The notes beneath the pieces were generated by a model. That model did no database searches, had not been told where the DNA came from, and saw only the letters and a program-made list of their open reading frames with translations. This document shows, in pieces, positions 38,895-53,022 of a stretch of 64,000 nucleotides of DNA. The DNA is taken from the NCBI GenBank assembly GCA_951406725.2, contig OX597820.1, positions 26,474,001 to 26,538,000 of the forward strand. The letters run 5' to 3'. The number at the start of each line of letters is the position of its first letter. Position 1 is the first letter of the stretch. The stretch is from Octopus vulgaris. Its lineage: Eukaryota. A program made the translations under genes and the position numbers.

Positions 38895-39369
38895 CCAGGA
38901 ACTGTTTAAGGCTGAGTGGGGACATTAGCTTCTTTGTTTGAGGTATAAGGATGCAGTTGTGTGTTGGTAGCCAGCTGGAAAAGATGTTTTCCCTGGGGCT
39001 AAAAAAGGTAGTAACATTATCCTAATCAGGACTGCCACTTTACATTGGCAAATAGATTTTACTCTGTAGTAACGTTACTACTTACTTCTCACTCAGAGAT
39101 TTAAAACTAATTGGTTTCCTCTTTATGAGATCGGTGACTGTGTCACTTTAAAAGTATATACCTCGAACAAGGCCTAGTGCTGCTATCTCTAGTCAACGGT
39201 TATCCTGTGCCGATGAAGAGAAATAACCCAGAAACCACAGTTCGTAGGTACTGTTTAAGGCTGAGTGGGGACATTAGATCCCTTGTTTGAGTTATTAGGA
39301 CACAATTGTGCATTAGTAGCCAGCTGGAAAAAATGTTTTCCTGGAGCTAAAAATGGTAGTAACATCATC
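38895..39369 (+). mobile_element. Direct-repeat (349-bp period) pseudo-LTR/retrozyme-like element with a degenerate hammerhead-like motif at the repeat junction
   Basis: ~120-bp repeat at 38901-39021 and 39250-39369; CCTGTG-CCGATGA-...-GAAA-CCACAG-TT-CGTAGG at 39204-39248. Confidence 0.6.
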
Positions 39370-42228
39370 ACACATACGTGTATGAGTACATGTGTATATA
39401 CACACACATTTGTAGGTAATTGATGATAGCTCACCAATAAATAAATCTAATTACATATGAATTATGTATCATTAAGATGGTTTCTTGTTGACTGTACTCA
39501 ACCTCAGGCACACCCTCTCTGCTTATTGAGATTTGTTTATAGCAGCAGTAACCTTTCCTTGGCACCTTGTTAATTTTTTATGGTCTCCTTCGCAGCAACC
39601 ACTATGGATTGTAACCTAAAACATGTATTTGGGGGTTAGGTCTTTCGATCTGTTGGACTTTGCTGGATCCTCATTGGGTTTTCACTGGGTTGGTTACTGA
39701 AGTCTTTGTCTTGTCTTCATCTTACTATACATAGCAGGTTAGCATTGCAGAGCTATGATAGGGAGTTTGTGAGAATTTAAGCACAGAACTTGGTAATTAA
39801 GAAAATATACTTGTCAGTTAGTTTCATTTTTTTTGGCATTTACTGCAATAATTTTTTGTTAGAAATGGAGCCTTTATGGTGTTGCTCAGTCTGCTAGAAG
39901 TAACCACATTTTCCTACATTCTTCTTTACTGTCTATCGATATTTAAGGTTACAGTGTATATCGGACGAGGAAATACATATTTACTGAAGTAAAAGAAAGA
40001 AAAAAGAGAGGGATTGGCGTGGCTGAAATACTTTTAATCATATGTCTGCTCAATCAGGGATGACCTATGGCTAAACACTAATAACAAATTTTTTTAGATG
40101 CTTTGGGCTGTTTATTAAAGGTGAATAGTTCTTTTTTTTCTATGCATACACAATACTATTATTAATTCTATTGATGGCTGTCAGTTACAATAGTAATTTA
40201 TACTTCAAATATTATACCATCTTGGAAATTATTTCTGTCAGTCTTCTATACATTCTAGAGTCAGTGGTGTTTGGTATACTTTCATCATCACTTAATGTCT
40301 GTTTTTATATATTTCATTCTAAGGCAGTGGGCTTTAGTACACTGGGTAAAATGCTTAGTGGCATTTTGTCTATCTGAGTTCAAGTTCTGCCAAGGTCAAC
40401 CTTGCCATTTATCATTTTGTGAGGGTCAATAAAATGAGCATCATTTCAGAACTGGGGTCGATGTAATTGACTTAGGCATTCTCTCAACATTGCCAGCCTT
40501 GTGCCAAAATTTGAAACCAGTATTATATTTCATCTTGGTCCATGTCTTGTCAGTACTTATTGATCCAGTCTTTTACATTCTATGGTTGTTATGGCTTTCT
40601 GTAATTTTTCTATCTCACCTTTCATCCCCCACACCTAACGTTTTATAATTTTCCTGATTGTCTTCCATACTTCTACAGTTGCTGACTCCCCCCCACCTAG
40701 TATGTGTTTGTGTGTCTCCACACTGCTTGACAACCAGTATTGGTTTGTTTATATCCTTGTAACTTAGCAGTTTGGCAAAAGAGACCGAAATAATAATCAC
40801 CAGACCTCCCCTTCCCAAAAAGGAAAAAACAAACAGAAATAAGTACTGGGGTTAATTTGTTTGATTAAACCCTTCAGGGTAGTGTTCCAGAATGACCACA
40901 GTCCCATGACTGAAACAAGTAAAAGATAAAGGATATGATACCCTGAACCTTACATTATTCTAGATACACACCTTTCTTTTTAAGACAGCATAGTGGGATT
41001 TGAGAGAATTTGGCTGCTGCTTCTAGCAAGTCAGGCACTCATGTAGAGGTTCCCTCTTTGACTCAATCAATGTTTATGTAGCTGAATTGTGTAAATGTTT
41101 TTTTTTTTTTTAATAATTATTCCCTTAGATTTTTCCCCCCCATCTGGTAATAATTTTCTCTTGTCTTGCATAGTTTTCCCTGCTCTCCCCTTTGTTTTTG
41201 CCATGATCATCCACAATTTATGGACATCTGTTATGATTTTTCGGCAATGTTTTAAATAGTGTTCCGATATCCATCTTTATTTTCATCGTTTTCCCCTTCA
41301 TACCACCCACATGTCTGTCATTTGCTCAAGACCTAGAACCCCCTCCCCTCCTTCGTTATTCATTATGTTTTTTTGCATTTTGTACAGCCACACCTCTTGC
41401 TATTATTGTTGTCAGTCCTTCCATCCATCCATACATATGTAAGTTATTTCAGTTCTGTCCCTCCATCACATTGCATTCATTTATATAACGTTTGTTGTTG
41501 TCGTCGTCGCAATGGGACAAAAATTTTTTCTTATCAGCTGACAGATGGCATACTTAGCATTTTTTTCCTGAAGAAATAATTTTCCTCTGTTTCAAAAATT
41601 GTCTATTAATCAAAAAATATTTTCAGTCACCACCACCACTACCATTGCCCCCCCCCCCCTCCATTCATTCTGTTTGATATGCAATTCAGAAGATTACCTC
41701 TGGTAGTATCTAATTGAGAAACGCTGATCTTGAGCTGTAATTACCAAGTGTTTATTGTCTCTTTTTCATCTTTGGTCCTTTGAGCCAGTTAAGGCCCCAT
41801 TGTTTATCTCAATCTGGTTTTAATTTTGCTTTTATGGGAATTGCCTTGGAAATTGGTTCAGTTACTATGTTGTGTTTTATTTTTTTTTGTTCTTGATTCT
41901 CTGTTTTTATATCTTTTTTTTTTTTTTTTTAATTCCTGAACTGCTTTTCTGGTATTTGTCCTTCTGCAGTGCATGCATGTTTAACGCTAAATATGTTTGT
42001 AGTTTTAGAAGAATTTGCAAGTGGAGAACCAGTTTCTGCAAAATGTTCCCATGCTTCTTTTCTACTTTCAGTGGTAGAACCCCTTGCTTTTGTTGTGTTT
42101 TGTAACTTCTTGTAGGAGGGCATCTTGTTGGGTGGTTCATTGTGTTCTTGAGCAAGAAACTCCATTTCACATTACTCTATTCCACTCGGCTGTAAATGAA
42201 AGATAATAATTATTGTCAGAATCATTAA

Positions 42229-42657
42229 CCCTTTAGCATTCAAATTTCTTTATTTATTCACATTGTTTTGAATTGATTAAACGTTATCTTGTTGCTTTGA
42301 GGTGGCGAGCTGGCAGAAACATTAGCACACCAGGCGAAATGCTTAGCAGTAGTTCGTCTGCCGTTACGTTCTGAGTTCAAATTCCGCCAAGGTCAACTTT
42401 GCCTTTCATCCTTTTGAGGTCAATAAATTAAGTACCAGTTATGCACTGGGGTTGATGTAATTGACTTAATCCCTTTATCTGTCCTTGTTTGTCCCCTCTG
42501 TTTAACCTCTTGTGGGCAATAAAGAAATAAGATTTCAATGATGAGATCGTTTATTTTTAGAATGACATTGTAGGGTAGGTGTGAGAGGTCTGATCTAGTT
42601 AGATAAAACGGGTGTAGAATATTTTGATTAGATGTGGTCAGTTTGAATGCTAAAAGG
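42229..42657 (+). mobile_element. piggyBac-type MITE interrupted by a group B SINE (42300-42530)
   Basis: TTAA-ccctttagcatt ... aatgctaaaagg-TTAA. Confidence 0.75.
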
Positions 42658-43294
42658 TTAAAGCTTTGGACAAAATATCTTGTGTTGTTTGTTCTGCTCT
42701 TTATGTTCTCAGTTCAGACCCCACCGATACCAACTTTTCACTATTTCAGGTAATACCCAATACAAGGGTAGGCCTATGACCTGTCAGTCCAGAGGTTATC
42801 TTCTGATTGTCTTGCAGGTGGGTACACCATCCGTTGCTAGCTTGCCAGGCCTGTCATGACATCACCATATTGCCCATGTTTGCTGGCTGAGTGGACTGGA
42901 GCAAGCAATGTGAAGTGAAGTGTTTTGCTCAAGAACACAACACATTGCCTGATCTAGGAATTGAAACCACAATCTTATGATTGTGAGTCCAACATCCCAA
43001 CCACTAAGCCATGCACCTCCACCTTCTTTTAGGGTCAATAAAATAAAACTAGCTGTCAAAGTACTGAGGTCAATAACATCAACTAACCCATTCTGACAAG
43101 AAATTTGTTTTGGACTGAAATTAGAAATTTAGGGTTGTGAGTTTGTGGAATCATTAAAAAGTCATGACAATTGCTTTGAGGTATTTCTTATTCTCAGTTC
43201 ATGTGTCGCCGAGGTCAACTTGGCCTTTTATCCCTCTGGATATTGATAAAATTAAAAGTATCAGTCAAGTACTGTGGTTGATTATTTTGATTAA

Positions 43295-43780
43295 CCTCTG
43301 ATAAGAGTATTCCAGGCACATGCATCACAACCAAATGTGCATGACATGGTGATCTCATATCAAGATAACCAGCACATGATCTTGCAGGTGGGGCCCTGTT
43401 AGAATTTTCTTCTGGTCGAGTAACCTACCCTGCTCAAAAGGTCCCTGAATAAGGGTCGTTTAAGGATGTTGAATGAAACCCCCATGTTTCCAGAGGTGAA
43501 TTATTCAAACCCAAAGGAATTCCTCTCAGCATATGGCTATGATGCTCCCCCACTACTTCTGCATGTCATCAGAGATGCACATATTGTCAGCCACTGAGGG
43601 ACATGCTCAACTGGTTATGGTCAAGCAACTGACAAGCAGATCTGTGGTACTGAGCAGAATGTTTGCTTTAGCCCATCTTTTACTCCAAGACAAAAACATG
43701 TACATAACACTTCTAATCAGTTAAGATCAAAAGCCATGACAGCCAGTGCCTGGTACTGCATCAGGGCAACGTACTGCATC
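43295..43780. mobile_element. Unclassified interspersed repeat, second copy at 54410-54877
   Basis: About 380 bp shared at high identity (ccaggcacatgcatc...atcttttact); both copies abut (TTA)n. Confidence 0.75.
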
Positions 43781-43787
43781 ATTACAG

Positions 43788-43824
<37 letters not shown>

Positions 43825-45504
43825 GTTTTATTATTATTTTTACTAAAATTTTTTGAAGTGAAACAATGCATCTGTTTCATAAATATATATTTACATGTAT
43901 GTTATCTAAGTATCTTGTATAGAAACACATTTTTCTTATCTTTATTGACTTTTTACTATATTTTTGGAGAGGCTTTTAATTATAGCCACAAGGTAGACAT
44001 TATCTCTACTCCCCCTCTCTCTCCTTTCCCCAACCCCCACGCATACACATAATTCTATCAAGGCATGTATTCTAGGTATGCGAGGTGAGTGCCACACACC
44101 CTCAAAGTATGGTAAATTTTCTTTATAATAATTTCATTCTTGTAGTGCCGTGATATAATCTGGTCATAATTTCCTAGCAATTCTAATAATACACTCTGTG
44201 AAACACAGATTAAACCAGGTTGAAGTCATCTTATGTATGGAAATAGCTTTAAAGATTGTATGTTTATACTTATTTCCTTAATAGTAGGTTAACAGGGAAG
44301 CACACACCATGACAACAACCACCATACTTCACTGATTTTCATTAGATGAATATATTTTCCATTTGAGGAAACCATATATATATAATAATAATGAGAGGTG
44401 TGGCTGTGTGGAAAGATGTAGGCAGTTTACTTCCAAACCACATGGTACTGGTTTCAATCTCACTGCGTGACCCCTTGGGCAAGCATATTCTACTAAACCA
44501 CTGGGCTGATTGTAGACTTGTGAGTGAATTTGGCAGTCAAAAACTGAAAGCAGCCTGTCATATATATATATATATATAAATTTGGTTATAAAAGGATTAA
44601 AGGAATTTGGTTGTCATTTCTTGCAAATTGAGCATTGGCTCATGTTGAAATGATTTTACCCCAATAGAGGCATCAACTGAATTTCATAGTAAAACTATTT
44701 CATATTTTCATATATAGCTTTTATAGTACATCTATTCTAAGTTGTTTTCTATTATAGTCATTTTTTATATTATTTCTGTCTTTTATGTCACTATTCTTAC
44801 TTCATATCTCCAGAACAGAGTTTCCATGCACTTTTATTTTGTGTATTTTTAATATTGTTGTAGTATTTCACTTTTATGATTTTCTTGTCACATTTTAGCC
44901 TTCCTATTTTAAAATATGTTCAACATAAGTGTGATATGAAACAGTTTTCTTTGTTTTTAATTCTTCTTTTTCATGGCTGTAATATGATATTTCAGTGCAT
45001 GGCTTCATCTGAAATATATTTTCAGATATATAACATAGATCTTTAAATATTTAATATACATATATAATCAAGATGTTGGTTACTTTCTAAACATGTAGGA
45101 GGAGGACTAGTGTATTTAATAATATAATTTGTGTAATTTAATAAACTCAGGCACAGCCAAGGTTTTGCTGCTAGAATATTATTTCAACACATGCATGTGT
45201 ACCATACTGTTGGTTCTGTCTTTGTTAGACTTGAAAGGCAATTTATAGAGCTGAATACGGTCGAACTTGCCATCAAATTTGAGAAATTTGAGGGTTTACA
45301 GTTCTCTGTTTTATAAAAACATGAGAAATTTCATGGTAATGACTGACTGGTCACTTTGGTGTGATGGTTATTGTAGTCAAATGGTATTCAACAGATTTGT
45401 GGTTCAATTCCCTTAAGTAGCCCTGCTCATATTTTTTTATTTATTGTACCTTGCTTGTAAATGTAATTAAATCTTAACTGTTTATGTGTGTGTGTGTGTG
45501 TGTG

Positions 45505-45544
<40 letters not shown>

Positions 45545-45814
45545 TGTAGGAGTGGCTGTTTGCTAAGTAGCTTGCTTGCCAACCACATGGTTCCAGGTTC
45601 AGTCCCACTGTGTGGCACCTTGGGCAAGTGTCTTCTACTATAGCCTGGGTCGACCAAAGCCTTGTGAGTGGATTTGGTAAATGGAAACTGAAAGAAGCCC
45701 AGTAAGAAATAAATACACAACTGAAAGAGGTACTAATATGCTTAGCTAAAGCATCATAAAAGCACGAAACTATTAGTAGCACTTTCAGTTGTGCATTAAA
45801 TTGCTATATACATA

Positions 45815-46034
45815 TGAGAGGGTGCTCAAAAGTTCCTGGCTTTAAGGGTATTGAGAAAGGCCTGGTTGGAGGCCCAAACTTCTGAGTACTTTTACAAGGC
45901 TTAGAAAAACTGAAGGACCGCTGCAGTAAGTGTGTAAATCTGAAGGGAATATTTTGAATAAAATCATAATCAGCTGATCTTCCCATATTTTCTTTTACCC
46001 ATAGCCAGGAAATTTTCAGTACTCCACCCACTTG
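45815..46034 (+). mobile_element. Short mariner derivative
   Basis: TIR-like gagggtgctcaaaagttcctggct / agccaggaaattttcagtactcc; remnant QGLEKLKDRCSKCVNLKG resembles a mariner transposase C-terminus. Confidence 0.7.
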
Positions 46035-46900
46035 TACAATATGTTAAACAGTGGGAAAACTAAGCAGGTGTGTTCAAAGAAAAAAAATACCTGATGGTTT
46101 TTATTCCGCCCCAATTGCAGCATAGACACACCTTTCACAGTCTCACTGTTATAAATGCAGTGAATCAGTAATTGGAAAACTGAATATAATAAACGACTGA
46201 ATAGTTCACAAAATTGCGTGATATGAAGTATTTATAAATAGGTGAAATAGTGAAATGGATAAGATAGTTGGTCACCTTGTCACAGTTTGCGTGTTCAAAT
46301 CCAATCCACTGCAGATATATTATTGCCATTATTGTCGTAATCATTTAACATCCGTTTTCCATGCTGGCATGGGTTGGACAATTTGACTGAGAACAGGTAA
46401 GCTGGGGAGGTGCACCAGGTTCCAATCTGATTTGCCATGGTTTCTACAGCCGGATGCTCTTCCTAACACCAACCATTCCGAGAGTGTAGCGGGTGCTTTT
46501 TATATGTCACTGGCACAAGTGCCAGTTATGTGACACTGGCATTGGCCATGACTATAATCTCACTCGGTTTGACAGGTCTTTTCAAGCACGATATATCACC
46601 AAAGGTCTTGGTCACCTGTCACTGCCTCCATGAGCCTCAACCCTCAAGCAGTGCTTTTTACACGTCACCAGCACAGATGCCGGTCAAATAGCACTGGCAT
46701 TGAACACAGCTGTGATTTCACTTGGCTTGACAATATATGCATTTTTAATGTATTGACTTAAACTTCTGTGCATCTTAAACTTCTCTTTTTTGTCAAGGTA
46801 CAATTTAGAGAAAATAAAAGAAAATTTTGATGTACTTTGTACATAGTTTAAAACTGATTTAAAAAAAAAAAGGTGTTGTTTATACATTTTTGTTCATTAA

Positions 46901-47118
46901 CCCGTTCATTACCAACTCGGCTGAAACTGCCTCTGGCTCTGAGTACAAATGTCTTGTTTTCATAAGTTTTGAATTAAAAGCTTCCACCATACCTTAATCA
47001 CAATTTATATTCCTAATACAAGCTGAATGGTAACTAAGTTATTTTACAAAATTCTTTGTTATATTTAAAGTAATTGAAAGAAACACAGCATCTCAAAATA
47101 AATACAGTAACGAAAGGG
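46901..47118. mobile_element. piggyBac-type MITE
   Basis: TTAA-cccgttcattac ... gtaacgaaaggg-TTAA (TTAA at 46897-46900 and 47119-47122). Confidence 0.75.
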
Positions 47119-50100
47119 TTAATTTAAACTAAGTATTAATTTAATTTAAACTAAGTATTAAGATCTTATTTCTCTGTTTAGTAAGTAGAACAGAAGCATA
47201 GAATATACAGATATATAATTTGTATTTTGTATACTCTTTTGAGGTGCATGTGTGTGTATTCCTCTGCATTGGATTACTATGTGGTATGATAGCCAGGTCC
47301 ACTAGAAGAGCTTTCTGTGATTGCCTCGGGATTCTATGACTCTATATATTGCACTACAACACTACAAATTTATATATGTGTATATGTATGTATATGATGA
47401 ATGAAACATATCACCGATTAGTTTATTCATGTTTGAATCTGTTGGAACATATTATGAATAAATATGCAAGTCATTGTTTTGATTCTTGCTGTTCACGATG
47501 CATATGATTATTTATTAAGGGTTGCCAATTAGCAACATGTATCAGCAAAAAAATTGTTTTGCTGAAGTTATGAACAAGAGCTTTGGTATGATAAATCTAA
47601 ACAAGAGACCTTCACACTGGTTTGGTTACATATCTGCGACTTTAGCAGTTCGGCAAAAGAGTCTGATAGAATAAGTACCAGATGTTAAAAAAAAAAAAAT
47701 GCAAGAACGAAGGTGGATTTGTTCCGCTAAACCCTTCAAGGCAGCGCTCCAGCAGGGCCACAGTCCAATGACTTGAACTAGTAAAAGAAATATGTAACTG
47801 TGAACTCTAGTACCTGCAGATTCATGTTCCCAGCCATGACCAGCCCATTTATTTTCAGATACATATTCAAGACTGCATTGCAATGTGTCCTTTTAATTTT
47901 TAAATGGCAAAATGTAGTTTGATGTGAACTTAGTTGCTATTTCTTGTAAGTAACATGGTCATGTGGGCCCCCCCCCCCAACTTCTTGTTAGTACATAATA
48001 ATGAGGTTGTTTAGCTCTAAGTCAACCCTGATTTAGCAGATCTGTGATTAAGGGCATTACAGTCAGGATAAAATATTGGTTTCATATTTTGGCACAAGGC
48101 CAGCAATTTTGGGGGAGTGGGTAAGTCAATTAGATCAACCCCTACGATCAACTGGTACTTATTTTATTGCCCCTGAAAGGATGAAAGACCAAGTCAATCT
48201 TGGTGGAATTTGAACTCAGAACTTAAATACAAATGAAATGCTGGCATGTTGACAATTCTGCCAGTTCTCTACCCACCAGGATCAAATATTAGCTTATGTT
48301 TCCTGCTTTTGTTTTGAGACAGTAACATGTGATTGAAGGAAGATTTGGCTACTATTTCATGCAAGTCAAATGATCATGTAGGGGCCCTGACATTAGTTTG
48401 TACTGATAGTGATGATGCTGGGAAACCCTTGGAGTAATAGCTATGATGATGATGACAACGGTGTTTGTGGTGGTGGTGATGTTGTTGATGACAGAATGAT
48501 GATAGAGGTGACAGTGGTGAAGATTTGACAGTGGTGACAGTAGTAATGACGGTTGTGACAATTGATGATGATGGAAGTGGTGACAGTGATGGTGGTGACA
48601 GTGATGGTTTCGTTTTTTTTCTTATGTTTCCTTTTTATTCCAAACAACACTGATGTCGAACAATGCAAAATTGACAGCAACAAATAAAATACCACAACAA
48701 CAACAAGCTGTATCAACAACAACAACTAGGTCAACACTAACAATAACAACAACATCACCACAAACTACAATAGCAACTTCCCAGACTTAATAAACCATTG
48801 TCTACTGCCAATCTATTAACAGCCGCTGTGCTTTTTTCTCAAGTCTGATCCATTGATGAGGTCTTGGGAATTTGGATTTTTGTTTCTGAATCAAATTTTT
48901 TTTTTTCTTTAATGCCAAAACCTATTCATTCCTTCATCTTCATTATCCAGCTCTTATACTTGTGCTGATCCCCTCCTCCACCTCCTACTCTCCACCTGTG
49001 GCTGGGTACCCCTCACACAATCACTGCCCTACCACCCTACCTTGTTTATCTGGAATGTTAGGTTTGTAGCCTCTGGTGGGTGTGATGGTTGAATTTCTTG
49101 CTAAAAACCGGTCTGAAAGGTTTTATGACTAGACTGACATACAATTGGATATAAATACTGGTACACACAAGCATATGTATGTAGACTCAGGCATACATAT
49201 ATACATTCATACATATACACATACATATATGTCTGTAGATACATACATATATAGATTCACATACATATGCTGAGAAACGCACATACTTATACATGTATAT
49301 ATGTACAAACACACACATACACACACACAGATACTGATAAAAAAAATACATGCATACATAACCATATATACATTTATAGACAAATAGTAATAAACACATG
49401 CACATACACACATTTACACACACACACACACATATATAGACATACATCCACACACTGACATGAGTAAATACTGATGTACGCACCCCTGTAGGCAAATGCC
49501 GAAAAACACCTACAACAGCTCACATATAAATACAGGCAAACACATACAAATGACCATCTCAAACAGTAGATGTGCACGCATGTGCACACACACACCTTGA
49601 CATATTTTCATGCACACACACACACACACATACACACACACACTTCCCCATATGCACAAATGCATACACAGATGCTTGTGGGCACAAAAGCACACACGTG
49701 AAGGTAAACATTTTTACACACCCACACACACAGAAATAGGTGCACACTACACCTGAGAGAACCTGCCTACATCCACATTCCCTTCCTTCTGAAATAAACA
49801 AACATATATAATAATAGGTGAGGAGTGGATTTTATGATAGTGTGTGTGTGTGTGTATGTATATATATATATATATATATATATACATACACACACACATA
49901 TATACATACACACATTTGTTTTTGCCATTTTTGGCCAATTTCCTCTATCTTTCATTAAGTTTTAGTTTGTCTCTTTCTTTGTCTCTCTCTTTCCTCTTTC
50001 TCTCTTTTTGCTTTCTCTCTCTCACTCTGTCTGTTTCACTTTCTATCTTTCTCTTGTTCTTATTTTGTAATTTGTAATTCTTTTTCATGTTGCTTTCTTA

Positions 50101-51921
50101 CTTTATTTTCCCACAGTCTTATTGTAGTTTGTGTGTGTGTGTGTGTGTGTGATGTATGTGTAACTGTGTATGTGTCTCTATGTATATTTGCAGGAATATT
50201 TCGGGTGTGTGTGTGTGTGTGTGTATGAGAGTGACAAAATGAATTGTATAAGAAATGCTTTTTATAGAGAATCTAAGTAAAAGAAAAACAAACCCCCCAA
50301 AAATCTCTCCCTGCCCCATCACCTTTACCACCTGTACATACCACCACATCTACCTGCCTCCACCACCATCATTACCATCAGTACATCCTAACCACCATCA
50401 CCACACCATTAAATCTGCCACCACCTTCATCTCTACATCAGTCACCATCTCTACTACCATCTTGACCACCACCATCACCATGAAATCATTACACCCACCA
50501 CCACCACCACTACTACTTCATCTATCACCATCTCTACTACCATCTTGACCTCTGCCATGACCACAATGCCATTACATCTGCTACCACCATCACCACCATC
50601 TTATTTCTTTACTGCCCACAAGGGGCTAAACATAGAGGGGACAAACAAGGACAGACAAATAGATTAAGTCGATTATATCAATCCCTTTGCATAACTGGTG
50701 CTTATTCAATCGATTCCGAAAGGATGAAAGGCAATGTTGACCTTGGCAGAATTTGAACTCAGGATGTAGCAGCAGACGAAATACTGCTAAGCATTTCGTC
50801 GACGTGCTAACATTTCTGCCAGCTCGCCGCCTTTACCATCACCACCATCTGTCACCCTCTCTACTTCCATTTTGACCATCTCAGCTGTCGTGACCAGCAT
50901 AACACCACCACCATCATGACCACAACAACCACCACACACCTACAATCACCTTGACCACAACACCACCATAATCTCTGAGCACATCTACCTACAAGACATC
51001 ACCATTATCACTACAGCCAGAACCAGTAAACCTCTACCTCACCACCACCACCACTACTAGAGATACCACTGATACACTTTCATCACCATTACCACCACAA
51101 CTACAACCAGTGCGCATTTGCTCACTACCACCATGACGAGTGCCAGTGCACCTCTCCCATTATTGCCATCATCAGTATCACTACCATACCACTATAGCGA
51201 CCACCACCACTACTACCTCTGGCTCACCATCCTGTCACTGCAACCACCAGTACTACCAACATCATTACTACCATAGCTACCACTCCCATTACTACTACCT
51301 GTACATTTCCACTGTCACTACCAGCAGTAAGGAGGAGCCAGTAAGGGAACCTTTATATTGTTGGGTAGTTTGCTAGAAATAGCAGCTATACTTTACTGCC
51401 TTAGAAAATGGATATGCTGTTTAATGTTTTGAGGCATGCACAATAAAATGCACATTAAAAAATGAATAGCAAAAAAAAAAAATAAAAAACAGGATGATCA
51501 TGGTCGGAATGTCTTTGATCATCGGTTTGCTTAAAGAAGGCAGATCTGAGGCTAAATGTCAGCCACCACCATCACATCTTTGACACTTGTGTTGGCTCAC
51601 TTTTAATCAGGTTACTGTTTGTCTTGCTTTTTTCTTTCCTAGTATGTAGCTTTGTCTTTCTTTCATTTCTGATGTACCTGGCATCATAGTACAGAGGATG
51701 GACCATCAAAATGTGACTTGCTGTCTAATATGACTTTTTCAATCATATTATTCTTTAGATACAAATCTTTCATTTTTGTAATTGAGTAATTCTCTTGACC
51801 TCTTTCTTTCCCTACACAAACAATGTCCAAACCTCCATGATTCCAAACTGTTTAGGCCAATGATGTGATATTACTTGATCTGCTGAAATTATCAACCAAA
51901 TTTCTCTTAAATCACAACTGT

Positions 51922-52443
51922 TGTGGCTGTGTGGTGAGAAGCTTGCTTCCCAACCACATGGTTCCGGGCTCAGTCCCACTCTGTGGCACCTTGGGCAAGT
52001 GTCTTCTACTATAAGCCTCAGGCTGACCAAAGCCTTGTGAGTGGATTTGGTAGACAGAAACTGAAAGAAGCCCGTCGTGTGTGTGTGTGTGTGTATAATA
52101 TATGTATGTATTTATATGTATGTGTATGTATATATGTGTATGTATGAATGTGTATGTATATGTATGCCTATGTGTATGTATATACATATGTATATATATA
52201 TATATGTATACATGTCCTTATGTGTGTGTATCTGTGTTTGTCCCCACTGCCATCACTTGACAACCAATGCCGGTGTGTTTATGTCCCTGTGACCTAGTGG
52301 TTCGTCAAAAGAAACCAATAGAATAAGTACTAGGCTTGCAAAAAATAAGTCCTGGGGTTGATTTCTTCAACTAAAACCCTTGAAGGTGGTGCTCCAGCAT
52401 GGCTGCAGTCAAATGACTGAAATGAGCAAAAGAATGAAAGAAT
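51922..52443 (+). mobile_element. SINE group A with expanded internal microsatellite
   Basis: About 150 bp of TG/TA array between the conserved 5' and 3' halves. Confidence 0.85.
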
Positions 52444-52650
52444 ACACGTACATGGAGTTCATTTTTTAATCTATTGCGTAGAAAGAAAGGCTGGAGCACT
52501 GTTGGCCATAGATTTGCTTAATACAGAAGTGAGCTGGGTTGAAATACAAGAGCAAGAACAAATATTTAATTTCTTTTTATCAGTGGGTGGTGGCTGAAAG
52601 GAGATTGTAAATATTACTTCATATATATAAATAAATAAATAAACACAGAC

Positions 52651-52708
<58 letters not shown>

Positions 52709-52727
52709 GTGTGTGTGTGTGTATATA

Positions 52728-53022
52728 TAAATTAGAAAAAACACCTTTTATCAATTCAAAATGAACAATTAAATTACACCATCTAGAAAATTACATATAA
52801 TAGAAATATTAAATATAAAATAACAATAATATATCGATGATTAAGTAAAGTGCAAAATAATAAATAAAACATATATTTGGTAGATTATTATTTTGCACTT
52901 TACTTAATCATCGGTATATTATTGTTATTTTATCTTTAATATTTCTATTATATGTAATTTTCTAGATGGTGTAATTTAATTGTTCATTTTGAATTGATAA
53001 AAGGTGCTTTTTTTCTAATTTT
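52728..53022. repeat. Long inverted repeat (~136-bp arms, 21-nt spacer) embedded in (TA)n
   Basis: 52728-52863 is the reverse complement of 52885-53022 with few mismatches. Confidence 0.9.

Noticed and set aside
41872-42170. Possible cassette exon near TGCATG motifs
   Set aside because: I found no acceptor/donor pair that keeps the phase-2 KANK frame convincingly open.
49085-49119. ATG-initiated MVEFLAKNRSE with phase-2 AG|GTTTTA donor
   Set aside because: Very weak donor and short frame; expected by chance.
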